From Thermoanaerobaculia bacterium (GTDB lineage: Bacteria; Acidobacteriota; Thermoanaerobaculia; Multivoradales; Multivoraceae): a stretch of 64,000 nt of DNA. Position 1 is the stretch's first letter. Each line of letters opens with the position of its first letter. Both the position numbers and the translations under genes were made by a program. Location of the stretch: assembly GCA_965116145.1 (NCBI GenBank), contig OZ220482.1, forward strand, positions 1,729,450 through 1,793,449, given 5' to 3'. Positions 44,393 to 54,794 of this stretch are shown one piece after another. The notes under the pieces were generated by a model. The model was not told the DNA's origin, made no database searches, and worked only from the letters and a program-made list of their open reading frames with translations.

Positions 44393-45520
44393 TCAGACGG
44401 AGCGCTCGGCCAGCCACTCCTCGAGCCGCGGCCACAGCCGGCGGACGGCGTTTCGGCCGGCGACCAGGCTGACGTGGCCGCCCTTCAGCACGACCTCCTG
44501 ACGATCCTCGGAGCCGACCATGCCGACCAGATCGCGGGCCGCCGCGTAAGGCACGATGTGGTCGTGCTCCGCCACGACGTGGATGAAGGGCGCCCGGATG
44601 TTCGACAGGTCGACGAGCCGGCCGTCCAGCCGGAACTCGCCCTTCATCAGCAGATTCTGCTGCTGAAGCTCCTTGGTCGTCTGACGGAAGCACTCGCCGG
44701 GGAACGGAATCTGGTCTTCTGCCCAACGCTGGAGCCGACGGTACGAGGTGACGAACTCGTCGTTCCACAGGTTGTCCCAGAGCCGCATCCGGTCCGCGAC
44801 CCGGGAGACCGGCCGCAGCGCGTTGAACGAGGCGTAGAGCAGTTGCGGCGGGACGTTTCCCAGCCGGTCGACGATCCGGTCGACGTCGAAGTGGGCCGGA
44901 TCGGTCCAGGTCCTGAACAGGCCCATCCCGTCGTAGTTGACCGGCGTCGTGAAGCAGGCCAGGTTGCGCAGCCTCCCGCCGGCCGACACGTCCGGATGAA
45001 GCGCCGCATGCAGCGCGGCCAGCAGGCCGCCCATGCAGTAGCCGACCATCGACACGTCGGGCTCGCCGCTCCGCTCGTGAACGACCTCGACGCACTCGGG
45101 AAGGAAGTCGAGAACGTAGTCCTCGAGGCGCAACCGCCTGTCTTCGGGCCGGGGCGTGCCCCAGTCGATCAGATAGACGTCAAAGCCGCGGTCGAGCAGA
45201 AACTCGATCAGGCTGTGGCCCGGCGCGAGGTCAAGGATGTACGGCTTGCTGATCAGGGACATGACCAGCAGGATCGGCGTCCGGTACACCTCGTCGACCC
45301 GGGCACGGTAGTGATGGAGCCGGAGCGTGCCGCGGCTGTGCACGGTCTCCTTCGGCGTCAGACCGACGCCCGGATCCCCGGTCGAAAGGTACTTGAAGCT
45401 CTTGAGCGGGCGGCGGAGAGCGCGCTCCACCTCGCGCCGCACACTGCCCGCCACGTCGACGGCTGCGCCCACGACCGGCGCCGTGCCGCGCTCCGGCCGA
45501 GCGGCCGCTCGGGTCGTCAC
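44393..45520 (-). CDS. phaC: class III poly(3-hydroxyalkanoate) synthase catalytic subunit
   Basis: Lipase box GYCMGG. Length of about 375 aa is typical of class III/IV PhaC. Follows phaE with a 4-bp overlap. Confidence 0.85.
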   Translation of the reverse strand: MTTRAAARPERGTAPVVGAAVDVAGSVRREVERALRRPLKSFKYLSTGDPGVGLTPKETVHSRGTLRLHHYRARVDEVYRTPILLVMSLISKPYILDLAPGHSLIEFLLDRGFDVYLIDWGTPRPEDRRLRLEDYVLDFLPECVEVVHERSGEPDVSMVGYCMGGLLAALHAALHPDVSAGGRLRNLACFTTPVNYDGMGLFRTWTDPAHFDVDRIVDRLGNVPPQLLYASFNALRPVSRVADRMRLWDNLWNDEFVTSYRRLQRWAEDQIPFPGECFRQTTKELQQQNLLMKGEFRLDGRLVDLSNIRAPFIHVVAEHDHIVPYAAARDLVGMVGSEDRQEVVLKGGHVSLVAGRNAVRRLWPRLEEWLAERSV

Positions 45521-45981
45521 GCCGGGTCCGCCCCTTCCTCGGCCGCCGGAACCTCGTCAACCGGCTTCCCGCCGGCCTCCGGCGCCGGCGGCGCCTCGGA
45601 CTTCTGCCGGGAAGGCGGGCGGCGGGTGCGCGCCGGCCTGGACGCCGGCGTCGCCGCGCCCTTGCGGCCGATCGCTTCGGCGAGCAGGCCCTCGATCCGC
45701 AGCAGCCGTTCCTCGATCGCGGTCAGGCGCTCCGCCAGCTCGCCGAGATCCGTTCGCGTCGGGAGATTCACGGCCTGCATGTAGCGCTGGGCGCCTTCGT
45801 TCATCGTCTGCTGGAACATGGTCATCGCCTCGATCCAGCCGCCGGAAGCGCGCGCGAACTGCTCGGTCCCCATCATGTCGTTGAACGCCTTGTTCAACTG
45901 GTGCTCGGAGCGGGTCACCCACTCGCGCCAGGCGTCGAAGGGGTCGAGAGACGGGCTCGAGGGATGACGGTCATCGGCCAT
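45517..45981 (-). CDS. phaE: PHA synthase subunit PhaE
   Basis: PhaE-like N-terminal region with a charged C-terminal tail. Immediately upstream of phaC. Confidence 0.7.
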   Translation of the reverse strand: MADDRHPSSPSLDPFDAWREWVTRSEHQLNKAFNDMMGTEQFARASGGWIEAMTMFQQTMNEGAQRYMQAVNLPTRTDLGELAERLTAIEERLLRIEGLLAEAIGRKGAATPASRPARTRRPPSRQKSEAPPAPEAGGKPVDEVPAAEEGADPA

Positions 45982-46351
45982 GGCGGCAGTCCTGGCAGTC
46001 GTTGCGGTCGGTGGAACAGGTTACACCAGGCGCCGAGCACAGCCAGGCGGCCGTCCGGCAGGGCACTGCAGGTGAGCATACCGGGCGGCTTCAGCCGAAC
46101 GGCCGAAGAACCGGACGGGGCGTTCCACGGACGACTGCACGCGGCGCAACGTGCACCCGTCGCCCGAACCCGGCCGCGCGCCATGGCCGCCGTCACGCTT
46201 CGATTCGACGAGTGGTCCGAAACGCGACCGAAGCCGGTCTGAACCAAACGCGCCCGATTCCCGGGTGAATCCCGGAAACCGGGCTGTCGGCGGCGGGCCA
46301 CGGACGGCGGCCGGCCGCCCCCGGCCTGATCAGCGGCCGATCTGCGGCGGT

Positions 46352-46690
46352 CTACGACTCCTCCGCCTGCGCGGAGAGCGAGTCGAGGTAGCTGTTCGCC
46401 AGGCCGAAGCTCGCCTCGACCGCCGAGCGGTACGCGCCGCGGCGATCCTGGAACAGACGGATCCACTCCTGCACCAGGCCCTTGGCCTCGACCGGCAGCC
46501 GCTCCGAGTTCTCGGTCCACCGGGTGATCGCGTCTTCGCGGCGCTCCTGCAGCGACGCGACCATGTCGAAGCTCGTGTCGAAGACGCGCTTCTGAAGGTC
46601 GAGCGCCCGCCGGTTGGCGTCGATGAGCGGGCCGCTCCAGGCCCGGGCCGGGCTCTTCGGCGCCGTGGTCGTGGTCGTGCTGGTCGTCAT
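46352..46690 (-). CDS. phasin-like PHA granule-associated protein
   Basis: 112-aa helical protein with an AGGAGA SD before the ATG at 46690. Sits in the PHA cluster. Confidence 0.55.
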   Translation of the reverse strand: MTTSTTTTTAPKSPARAWSGPLIDANRRALDLQKRVFDTSFDMVASLQERREDAITRWTENSERLPVEAKGLVQEWIRLFQDRRGAYRSAVEASFGLANSYLDSLSAQAEES

Positions 46691-46862
46691 CTGAGGTCTC
46701 CTGAATGGTAGGCTCCGCAGTCCGGATGGCCCACGCGGTTTCGGCTCGGAAGCCTGGTTGGACGGTTGCGACGGCGGCCCCGGTTCGATCGACGAAGGCC
46801 TTTCTTGTGCAACGCAGCAAGAATCCTGCACGCTATGCTGCACTGTGTCAACCCCCTTGCGC

Positions 46863-47468
46863 ATGACCGACCCGATCGTCATCAGGAAGTACGAGAACCG
46901 CCGGCTGTACGACACCCACAACAGCCGCCACGTGAACCTCGACGGCGTCGCGGAGCTGGTCCGCGCCGGCCGGGACGTCCAGGTCATCGACTCGAAGTCG
47001 GGAGAAGACGTCACCCGCCACGTGCTGGCGCAGATCATCGTGGAAGACGCAAAGCACCCGGAGCACGGGCCGCCGCTCGAGTTCCTCCGCGACCTGGTGC
47101 GGGCCCGCGACCAGGCCGGGCGGGATTTCCTGCAGTGGTACCTGAAGAGCGCCGGCGAGGTTTACGCACGGGTGCGCGAGACGATGCGCGGCAACCCGTT
47201 CGCACCGGACCCGTCCTGGATGCGCCTGTGGGATCCCCGCGCCATCGCCGAGGCGATGCACACGCAGATGACCCGGCAGCGCGGGCGGGCATTCGGCAGC
47301 ACCAGCAAGACCGCCGACGGCGCCGGGGCTGCGCAGCCTCCGGCTCCCCGCAAGGCAGCCGCCCGGCCGCAGGAAGCAGGCGGCAGCGGCGCCGCCCGCG
47401 CCGAACTCGACGAACTGAGGCAACGGCTCCAGGATCTCGAACGCCGTCTCACGGACGCCGCGGATTGA
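46863..47468 (+). CDS. phaR: PHA synthesis repressor PhaR
   Basis: MTDPIVIRKYENRRLYDTHNSRHVNLDGVAELVRAGRDVQVIDSKSGEDVTRHVLAQII matches the PhaR N-terminal DNA-binding domain. Confidence 0.85.
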   Translation: MTDPIVIRKYENRRLYDTHNSRHVNLDGVAELVRAGRDVQVIDSKSGEDVTRHVLAQIIVEDAKHPEHGPPLEFLRDLVRARDQAGRDFLQWYLKSAGEVYARVRETMRGNPFAPDPSWMRLWDPRAIAEAMHTQMTRQRGRAFGSTSKTADGAGAAQPPAPRKAAARPQEAGGSGAARAELDELRQRLQDLERRLTDAAD

Positions 47469-47491
47469 GCCGACGCGGAACGCCCGACCCC

Positions 47492-48367
47492 ATGCCTCTC
47501 TCCACCGCCGCGGCCGGCAGCGAACTCGAGCCCGCGACGCGCGAAATCACCGTGCGAGACGTGCTGGCCTACGCCGCCGGCATCGGCGACACCGGCGAGT
47601 CCGTGTTCGACGACGCTCGCGGCGGCGGCATCGCGGCGCCGCCTTCGTACTGCGTGTCTCTCGAGTGGCCCGTTGTCAGCGACGGCCGCGGGTCGGAGCT
47701 CCTCGGCGGCACGCCCCAGGAGCGGAGACGCGGCGTCCACGCCAGCCAGGACTCACACTTCCACCGTCCGGTCCGGCCCGGCGATTCGCTGACGACCCGC
47801 GGCCGCTACATCGGCATCCGGGGCACGCGCGCCGGCGTGCTGCTGACCACCCGCCTCGACACCGTGGACGAGCAGGGTCGGCCCGTCACGACGTCCTGGT
47901 CGCGTTCAATCTTCCGTGGCGTTGATACGGCGGGCCCCGACGCAGAGACCGAGCCTGCTCCCGAACCGCCAAGACCGAGGCTTGACGAAGCCACCCGGAC
48001 GCGGAGCGCCGTCTTCGTACCGCGGGAGATGCCCCACGTATACACGGAATGCGCGCGGATCTGGAATCCGATCCACACGGAGCGCGCGACCGCGTTGGCC
48101 GCCGGTCTGCCGGACATCATCCTTCACGGCACGGCGACCTGGGCTCTTGCCGGGCGCGAAGTGCTGCGCGCCTGCGGCGGCGGTGATCCGCTCCGGCTCG
48201 TGCGGCTCCACGGCCGGTTCAGCGCGATGGTCATTCCCGGCAGCACGATCACCGTGGAACACGCGCCCGCCGGCCCGGCGGAAGGCGGCGGACACCTAGT
48301 CGCCTTCCGGGTGCTCAACACGGACGGGCAGGAGGCGGTGAGCCATGGCGTCGCGGTCGTCGCGTAG
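47492..48367 (+). CDS. MaoC-like (R)-specific enoyl-CoA hydratase / double hot-dog dehydratase (PhaJ-like)
   Basis: Hot-dog fold signatures are present. Sits in the PHA cluster. Confidence 0.65.
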   Translation: MPLSTAAAGSELEPATREITVRDVLAYAAGIGDTGESVFDDARGGGIAAPPSYCVSLEWPVVSDGRGSELLGGTPQERRRGVHASQDSHFHRPVRPGDSLTTRGRYIGIRGTRAGVLLTTRLDTVDEQGRPVTTSWSRSIFRGVDTAGPDAETEPAPEPPRPRLDEATRTRSAVFVPREMPHVYTECARIWNPIHTERATALAAGLPDIILHGTATWALAGREVLRACGGGDPLRLVRLHGRFSAMVIPGSTITVEHAPAGPAEGGGHLVAFRVLNTDGQEAVSHGVAVVA

Positions 48368-48580
48368 ACTACCGACCCGAACCTGGCGGCCCGTGGCAGA
48401 CTCGCGCTGCGTTCGTCAGAGCCGTGTATCCGTCCGGCGGCGTTGCTCTTCGCTCACATACCCCCAACGTGCTCACCTGTACGCCGTGCCGGACGGGTGC
48501 CTGACCGCTCTCGGCGCGACACGCATTTCGCCACGGGCTGCCAGGCAGGACCAGTGACCAACCGACGGAGACAGCAGGAG

Positions 48581-49489
48581 ATGGGCATTCTCGAGGGCAG
48601 GACGGCAATCGTCACCGGCGCCGGCCGAGGCATCGGCAAGGGCATCGCGCTCAGGTTCGCGGAAGAAGGCGCCAACGTGGTGGTCAACGACCTTGGCGGC
48701 GCGACCGACGGCACGGGAGGATCGAGGATCGCCGACGACGTTGTCGAGGAGATCCGCGCCGCCGGCGGATCGGCAGCGCCGAACCACGACTCGGTGGCCA
48801 CGGTCGAGGGCGGCCGGAACATCTTCCAGACCGCGCTCGACGAGTTTGGAGGTCTGGACATCCTGGTCAACAACGCCGGCATCCTGCGCGATCGGACCAT
48901 CTTCAACCTCGAAGAGGCCGACTGGGACGCGGTGCTCGACGTTCATCTGAAGGGGCACTACTGCTGCAGCCGGCCGTTCGCCTGCTACATCCGGGAGACG
49001 AACCGTCCGAATTGCCGGATCATCAACTTCTCCTCGGTGTCGGGCCTATACGGCAACTTCGGCCAGTCGAACTACGCGGCGGCCAAGGCCGGCATCGCCG
49101 GCCTCTCCCGCGTGCTGGCCCTGGAGCTTGCCAAGTACGGCTGCACGGTGAACACGATCTCGCCGGGCGCCACCACCCGGATGACGGCGGATCTTCGCGC
49201 TTCGCGCGGCATGGAGGTCGACGAGGACGCGCCGGAGCAGAGCCCGAATCAGATCGCGCCGGTCTGCGCCTGGCTGGCCTCGGACGCCGGCCGGGACATG
49301 ACCGCCCAGATCATCGACGTGATGCGGGGCTGGGTCGGGATCATGCAGCAGCCCAAGGTGATCCGGAAGTTCAGCAAGGACGGCATGTGGGACAACCGCG
49401 ACATCGATCTGATCATGCCGCAGCTTCTCAAGGCGAAGCAGGAACACGACGCCGCGGTCGACGCCGGCGCCGAACCGACGCCGGTCTGA
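48581..49489 (+). CDS. SDR-family oxidoreductase (acetoacetyl-CoA reductase-like) with C-terminal extension
   Basis: TGAGRGIGKGIA Rossmann motif, NNAG, and a Yx3K region. The ATG at 48581 has a GCAGGAG SD. Confidence 0.85.
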   Translation: MGILEGRTAIVTGAGRGIGKGIALRFAEEGANVVVNDLGGATDGTGGSRIADDVVEEIRAAGGSAAPNHDSVATVEGGRNIFQTALDEFGGLDILVNNAGILRDRTIFNLEEADWDAVLDVHLKGHYCCSRPFACYIRETNRPNCRIINFSSVSGLYGNFGQSNYAAAKAGIAGLSRVLALELAKYGCTVNTISPGATTRMTADLRASRGMEVDEDAPEQSPNQIAPVCAWLASDAGRDMTAQIIDVMRGWVGIMQQPKVIRKFSKDGMWDNRDIDLIMPQLLKAKQEHDAAVDAGAEPTPV

Positions 49490-49511
49490 GATCCTCTGCT
49501 GCGAACAGCGG

Positions 49512-49748
49512 TCAGCTCAGCCAGCGCACATACCAGGGCGCACCGTCGGCCCTGAGCTGTTCCTTGAAGCGCTGGCGCTCCAGCCGCCGCAGCCAGGCTT
49601 CGCCCTGGTCGAAGTGGCAGTCCTTGTACTTCCGACCGCTGCCGCAGGGACACGCTTCGTTGCGCTGCACCTTGCTGAAGCTCCGCGGCGCGGTCACCAC
49701 CGACTTGCGGCCGGCGATCGCGTTGCTCAGTCGTCTTCCGCTCTTCAT
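49512..49748 (-). CDS. SEC-C motif small metal-binding protein (YchJ-like)
   Basis: CPCGSGRKYKDCH SEC-C motif. 78 aa. Lies at the low-coordinate end of an otherwise antisense 599-aa ORF. Confidence 0.6.
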   Translation of the reverse strand: MKSGRRLSNAIAGRKSVVTAPRSFSKVQRNEACPCGSGRKYKDCHFDQGEAWLRRLERQRFKEQLRADGAPWYVRWLS

Positions 49749-49826
49749 CCCGTTCGCCCCACCGTGTCCCGCCCGTGTCCCGCTTCGAGCCGCTGCCCCG
49801 GACCGGGGAAGCGACGCGCTCCGATC

Positions 49827-49842
49827 GCTGTTATATAACAGC
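49827..49842. promoter_or_regulatory. 16-bp perfect AT-rich palindrome GCTGTTATATAACAGC between the divergent SEC-C and ugd genes
   Basis: Read directly. The TTATATAA core stands out in a 70% GC genome. Candidate operator or -10-like element. Confidence 0.4.
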
Positions 49843-49940
49843 CGGACTGCTCCGGGGCGATGCGGGCGACGGAACGTGACGCTTCCGGGCCCGGACCTGC
49901 GGCCCGGACAAGATGACCGCCACGAGCAACCGAGGCTGAC

Positions 49941-51362
49941 ATGAGAATCTGCGTCGTCGGGTCCGGCTACGTCGGCCTGGTCACCGGGGCCTGTCTTGCC
50001 GATTTCGGCATGGATGTCGTCTGTGTCGACCAGGACGAATCCAAGATCGCGCAGCTCAAGGCTGGAGATCTCCCGATCTACGAGCCCGGACTCAGGACCC
50101 TGGCGGCGAAGAACGAGGAGGCCGGCCGGCTGAGCTTCACGACCGACCTCGGACCGGCGCTCGAGTCCGCGATCGCCGTTTTCATCGCGGTCGGCACACC
50201 GCCCCGCGAGGACGGATCCTCCGACCTGCGCTATGTCCGCGATGTGGCGCATGCCATCTCCGACCGGCTCGGCGGCTACAAGGCGATCGTGACGAAGAGC
50301 ACGGTGCCGGTCGGCACCGGCCGGATGATCGAGGAGATCGTGGGCGCCGGCGCCGGCCGCAGCTTCTCCGTCGTCAGCAACCCCGAGTTCCTGCGCGAAG
50401 GCTCGGCGATCGAGGACTTCATGCGCCCGGACCGGCTGGTCATCGGCAGCAGGGACCAGCGCGCGACGGAGATCATGCTGGAGATCTACTCTCCGCTGCG
50501 CGCGCGCGGCGTGCCGATCGTGGTCACCGATGTCGAGACGGCGGAGATGATCAAGTACGCCTCGAACAGCTTCCTCGCCACTCGCATCTCCTTCATCAAC
50601 GAGGTGGCCGAGCTGTGCGAACGGACCGGCGCCGATGTCCAGGTGGTCGCCCGCGGGATGGGCCTGGACCGCCGGATCGGACCGTTGTTCCTGCGGCCGG
50701 GACCGGGCTTCGGCGGCTCCTGCTTCCCCAAGGACACCCGCGCCATGGTGTCGATGGCCCGGAACGCGGGCGCCCGGGCACGGATCGTCGAGGCGACCCT
50801 CGAGGCGAACCGACACGTCCAGGAACGGATGCTGGAGAAGATCGAGTCGGTGCTGGGCGACCCCGACGGCCGGACCGTTGCCCTGCTCGGGCTTTCGTTC
50901 AAGCCCGACACCGACGACATCCGGGAATCGCCGGCCCTGTTCGTGCTGGATCGGCTTCTTGCCCGCGGCGCCGCCGTGCAGGCATACGATCCGGCAGCAA
51001 TGGAAAACGCTCGGCGCCTCCGTCCCGACGCGGTCTACTGCGGCGACCCCTACGAAGCTGCCGAAGGCGCCGACCTGCTGGTCATCCTCACCGAGTGGAA
51101 CCAGTTCCGGGCGCTCGAGTTCGACCGGCTGCGCGGACTGCTGCGAACGCCGTCGATCGTCGACCTCCGCAATCTCTACGAGCCGGAACGCGCCGCCGCA
51201 GCCGGCTTCCGCTACGCCTCGCTCGGCAGAGTCGACGCGGCGCCCGGCCGTCCGCGGCGCACGGCCTCGACCCGATCTGCCGCCGGTTCGGGGCGCCGAC
51301 GACCGGATCACGAGGCCGGGACAGGTGAACCGGCGGCCGCTGCCGGATCGGGGGCGGGATGA
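49941..51362 (+). CDS. ugd: UDP-glucose 6-dehydrogenase
   Basis: N-terminal GSGYVG Rossmann motif and the catalytic GGSCFPKD motif. Confidence 0.9.
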   Translation: MRICVVGSGYVGLVTGACLADFGMDVVCVDQDESKIAQLKAGDLPIYEPGLRTLAAKNEEAGRLSFTTDLGPALESAIAVFIAVGTPPREDGSSDLRYVRDVAHAISDRLGGYKAIVTKSTVPVGTGRMIEEIVGAGAGRSFSVVSNPEFLREGSAIEDFMRPDRLVIGSRDQRATEIMLEIYSPLRARGVPIVVTDVETAEMIKYASNSFLATRISFINEVAELCERTGADVQVVARGMGLDRRIGPLFLRPGPGFGGSCFPKDTRAMVSMARNAGARARIVEATLEANRHVQERMLEKIESVLGDPDGRTVALLGLSFKPDTDDIRESPALFVLDRLLARGAAVQAYDPAAMENARRLRPDAVYCGDPYEAAEGADLLVILTEWNQFRALEFDRLRGLLRTPSIVDLRNLYEPERAAAAGFRYASLGRVDAAPGRPRRTASTRSAAGSGRRRPDHEAGTGEPAAAAGSGAG

Positions 51363-52321
51363 GCCGCCCGCATTCCGTCGTCACCGGGGGCGCCGGCTTC
51401 ATCGGCTCCCACCTCTGCGAACGGCTGCTCGGCGAAGGCCACCGTGTCTCCTGCATCGACAACTTCATCACCGGCAACCCGGCGAACATCGAGCATCTTC
51501 GCGGCAACAGGCGCTTCACCCTGATCGAGCACGACGTCAGCACGCCGGTCTACGTCGGGCCGCAGGTTGACAACGTCCTCCACTTCGCCTCCCCGGCCAG
51601 CCCGGTCGACTACCTGGAGCTCCCGATCCAGACCCTGAAGGTGGGTTCGCTCGGCACCCACAACTCGCTCGGACTGGCCAAGCACCACGGCGCCCGCTAT
51701 CTGCTCGCCTCCACCTCGGAGGTCTACGGCGATCCCCTGGTCCACCCGCAACCGGAGTCCTACTGGGGCAACGTGAACCCCGTCGGCCCGCGCGGCGTCT
51801 ACGACGAGGCGAAGCGGTTCGCCGAGGCGATGGTCATGGCCTACCACCGGATCCACGGCCTGGACACCCGGATCGTCCGTATCTTCAACACCTACGGACC
51901 GCGGATGCGGCTGCGGGATGGCCGGGTCGTGCCGAATTTCATCCGTCAGGCCCTCTCCGGCAAGGCCCTCACCGTCTACGGAGACGGCAGCCAGACCCGT
52001 TCCTTCTGCCACATCGACGATCTGGTCGAAGGCGTCTGGCGGCTTCTCGACTCCTCGGAGACGGATCCGGTCAACGTTGGCAACCCCAGCGAGATGACCG
52101 TGCTCGAGTTCGCCCGGATCATCAAGGACATCACCGGCAGCCGCAGCGAAATCGACTTCCTGCCCCTGCCGGTCGACGATCCGAAGACACGGCAGCCGGA
52201 CATCTCCCGTGCGGCGGATCTGCTGGGATGGAAGCCCCGGGTGGATCTGAAGACCGGCCTCGGCCGGACGATCCGATACTTCGAGGAGCTGCTGGGCAGG
52301 CAGGAGCGCTCGGGACGGTAG
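51359..52321 (+). CDS. uxs: UDP-glucuronate decarboxylase (UDP-xylose synthase)
   Basis: [16 protein letters not shown] and the UXS-typical region. Overlaps the ugd stop. Confidence 0.85.
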   Translation: MSRPHSVVTGGAGFIGSHLCERLLGEGHRVSCIDNFITGNPANIEHLRGNRRFTLIEHDVSTPVYVGPQVDNVLHFASPASPVDYLELPIQTLKVGSLGTHNSLGLAKHHGARYLLASTSEVYGDPLVHPQPESYWGNVNPVGPRGVYDEAKRFAEAMVMAYHRIHGLDTRIVRIFNTYGPRMRLRDGRVVPNFIRQALSGKALTVYGDGSQTRSFCHIDDLVEGVWRLLDSSETDPVNVGNPSEMTVLEFARIIKDITGSRSEIDFLPLPVDDPKTRQPDISRAADLLGWKPRVDLKTGLGRTIRYFEELLGRQERSGR

Positions 52322-52405
52322 GATCGGGAGTCTCCCGAACGACTGCAGGCGGGCAGGGCGCCGGCAGATCCCCTCTGTCGACGACGTCTGCCGAGAGGAG
52401 GATCC

Positions 52406-52984
52406 ATGGCCAGGTCAGCAACCACCGAATCCAACGTCAGGCGCCCGCCCGGCGCGCGGCACGCGGCAGCGATCGCGGCTATCGCGCCGAGCGCGGTCCT
52501 CTCGATCGCCATGTTCGGGGCGTCGCCGCTGGCAGCCGCAAACCCGGAATTCGCCGGCATCTGGCAGCTGGACGTCGACCGCAGCGATTCGATCAGCCGC
52601 GGCCGCCCCGACCAGGAACAACCACCAGTCGATGTCGAGATCGAGATCGGACTGGACGGCGAGGACCTCGACATGGTCTTCACGATGCGTCGGGACGATT
52701 GGGCGGCGCCGGCCCGGGTTTCCCAGCGCGTCACCACGAACGGCAAGCCTCACCAGGTCCCGAATCTGCGCGGGGACATGCGCACCGTGCGTGCGAAGTG
52801 GCGCAAGGCCAGGTTGTCGCTTTCCTATACCGCACGGCTGCCGTACGGCGAGTTCGACATCACCGAGACCTGGCAACTGTCCAGGGACGGCAGCGAACTC
52901 CAGGTGACGATGCATACCCGGATCCCGGACCGGCGCCCGGACATCCGCAAGTTCATCTACACACGCGCCACGACGGTCCAGTAA
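52406..52984 (+). CDS. secreted hypothetical protein (signal peptide)
   Basis: AAIAAIAPSAVLSIAMFGASPLAAA signal-like N-terminus. No known domain recognised. Confidence 0.5.
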   Translation: MARSATTESNVRRPPGARHAAAIAAIAPSAVLSIAMFGASPLAAANPEFAGIWQLDVDRSDSISRGRPDQEQPPVDVEIEIGLDGEDLDMVFTMRRDDWAAPARVSQRVTTNGKPHQVPNLRGDMRTVRAKWRKARLSLSYTARLPYGEFDITETWQLSRDGSELQVTMHTRIPDRRPDIRKFIYTRATTVQ

Positions 52985-53018
52985 CCGGGCCGCGACCGAA
53001 GGAGGGACCCAAGGGACC

Positions 53019-54074
53019 ATGCGGACAGCAATCGGCATCGGCAGCGCATACGCCTCCGGCACGAACTGGGACGCCCTGACGGAGTACGTCGTCGAGGCGG
53101 ACCGCATGGGCATCGACGACGTCTGGTCGGCCGAGGCCTGGGGGACCGACGCGGTCACCCCTCTCGCCTTCCTCGCCGGCAGGACCGAGCGCATCCGCCT
53201 CGGCACCGGCATCATGCAGATCTCGGCTCGGGCGCCGTCGATGACCGCGATGACCGCGATGTCGCTGGCGTCGATGTCGAAGGACCGCTTCGTCCTCGGA
53301 CTCGGCGTCTCCGGCCCGCAGGTTGTCGAAGGCCTGCACGGCGTGCCCTTCGCCATGCCGCTCGGCCGGCTGCGCGAGTACGTCGACATCCTGAAGATCG
53401 CCCTGTCGGGGGAGAAGGTCGCCTACCGCGGCAGGCATTACACCCTGCCCCGGCCGGGCGGCGAGGGCAAAGCGATCCGCATGTCGCAGCCACCCCGGCC
53501 CGACCTGCCGATCTACCTCGCGACCCTCGGCCCGAAGTCGCTCGAGTACACCGGCGAGGTTGCCGACGGCTGGCTCGGCACGTCGTTCATGCCCGAACAC
53601 AGCGACGCCTTCTTTCCGTCGCTCCGGACCGGCGCGGAACGGACCGGCAGGTCTCTCGCCGACATTGACGTCCAGGTCGGCGGTGACGTCGAGTTCGGCG
53701 ACGATCTGGAACAGATGGTGAACCGCCGCAAGCCGGCGATGGCCTTCACCCTCGGCGCCATGGGCTCGGCGCAGACGAACTTCTACAACGACGCGTACCG
53801 CCGCGCCGGCTTCGTGGACGCGGCCCGGGAGGTGCAGGCGCTCTGGATCGCCGGCAAGCGCGACGAGGCAGCGGCGCGGGTTCCCGACGAGATGGTGCTC
53901 GCGACCACCCTGGTCGGCAACGAGGCCCGCCTCCGGGAGCGTATCCGCGCCTACCGGACGGCCGGCGTCACCACCTTGCGGCTCAGCCCGGCCGGGGCCA
54001 CGGTCCGTGAACGGCTGGACACCCTGGGACGGTTCCTCGAACTGGTCCGCCTGGAGGCCCCTGCCGCCGGATGA
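53019..54074 (+). CDS. LLM-class F420-dependent (luciferase-like) oxidoreductase
   Basis: Luciferase-like monooxygenase fold motifs throughout. Confidence 0.8.
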   Translation: MRTAIGIGSAYASGTNWDALTEYVVEADRMGIDDVWSAEAWGTDAVTPLAFLAGRTERIRLGTGIMQISARAPSMTAMTAMSLASMSKDRFVLGLGVSGPQVVEGLHGVPFAMPLGRLREYVDILKIALSGEKVAYRGRHYTLPRPGGEGKAIRMSQPPRPDLPIYLATLGPKSLEYTGEVADGWLGTSFMPEHSDAFFPSLRTGAERTGRSLADIDVQVGGDVEFGDDLEQMVNRRKPAMAFTLGAMGSAQTNFYNDAYRRAGFVDAAREVQALWIAGKRDEAAARVPDEMVLATTLVGNEARLRERIRAYRTAGVTTLRLSPAGATVRERLDTLGRFLELVRLEAPAAG

Positions 54075-54751
54075 GCTTTCCGGCCCGGCACGGCCCGGAG
54101 CTCCACGACCACGCGGAACGGAACCTCGGGCGGTTCGACCAACGGGCGATCGATCCGGAGGAGGCGGCGACGCGGGCCGCCGAGGCCTCGGGCCGCACCG
54201 GCGCGGCGCCGGCCAACGCGCACGCCGCGGTCGCGATGACGTTGCTCCCCGATCGCGGCGGCCGCGGCTGCTTCCTGCTCACGCGGCGCTCGCTCCGGCT
54301 GCGCCGGCACCGCGGCCAGTGGGCTCTCCCGGGCGGCCGGATCGACGCCGGGGAAACCCCCGAGCAGGCGGCGCTCCGCGAGCTCCAGGAAGAGGTCGGC
54401 CTGGACCTCACCCCGTCGGCCGCCCTCGGTCGCCTGGACGACTTCGGCACCCGCTCGGGCTTCGTCATCACTCCGGTCGTCCTCTGGTGCGGCGAATACC
54501 GCGACCTGGAGCCCAACCCGGACGAGGTCCACAAGGCCTACCGCATCCCCCTGATCGATCTCGACCGCCCCGACGTACCGGTGCTGCGGGACATCCCCGA
54601 AAGCGACCACCCGGTGCTGTCGATGCCGATCCGCGGCGGCCTCGTCCACGCGCCCACCGCGGCGATCGTGTACCAGATGCTCGAGGTCGTGCTGCGCGGC
54701 AACGATGTCCGCGTCGCCCACTACGAGCAACCTGTCTTCGCCTGGCGCTGA
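54071..54751 (+). CDS. NUDIX hydrolase (CoA pyrophosphatase-like)
   Basis: Nudix box GQWALPGGRIDAGETPEQAALRELQEEVGL. Confidence 0.85.
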   Translation: MSFPARHGPELHDHAERNLGRFDQRAIDPEEAATRAAEASGRTGAAPANAHAAVAMTLLPDRGGRGCFLLTRRSLRLRRHRGQWALPGGRIDAGETPEQAALRELQEEVGLDLTPSAALGRLDDFGTRSGFVITPVVLWCGEYRDLEPNPDEVHKAYRIPLIDLDRPDVPVLRDIPESDHPVLSMPIRGGLVHAPTAAIVYQMLEVVLRGNDVRVAHYEQPVFAWR

Positions 54752-54794
54752 CCCGGGGAGTGCGGGCCGACGCTGGCCCGCACGTCTCACCGCG

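Noticed and set aside
49512-51311. 599-aa minus-strand ORF
   Set aside because: Antisense to ugd over most of its length. Only the 3' 78 codons (49512..49748) form a plausible SEC-C protein.
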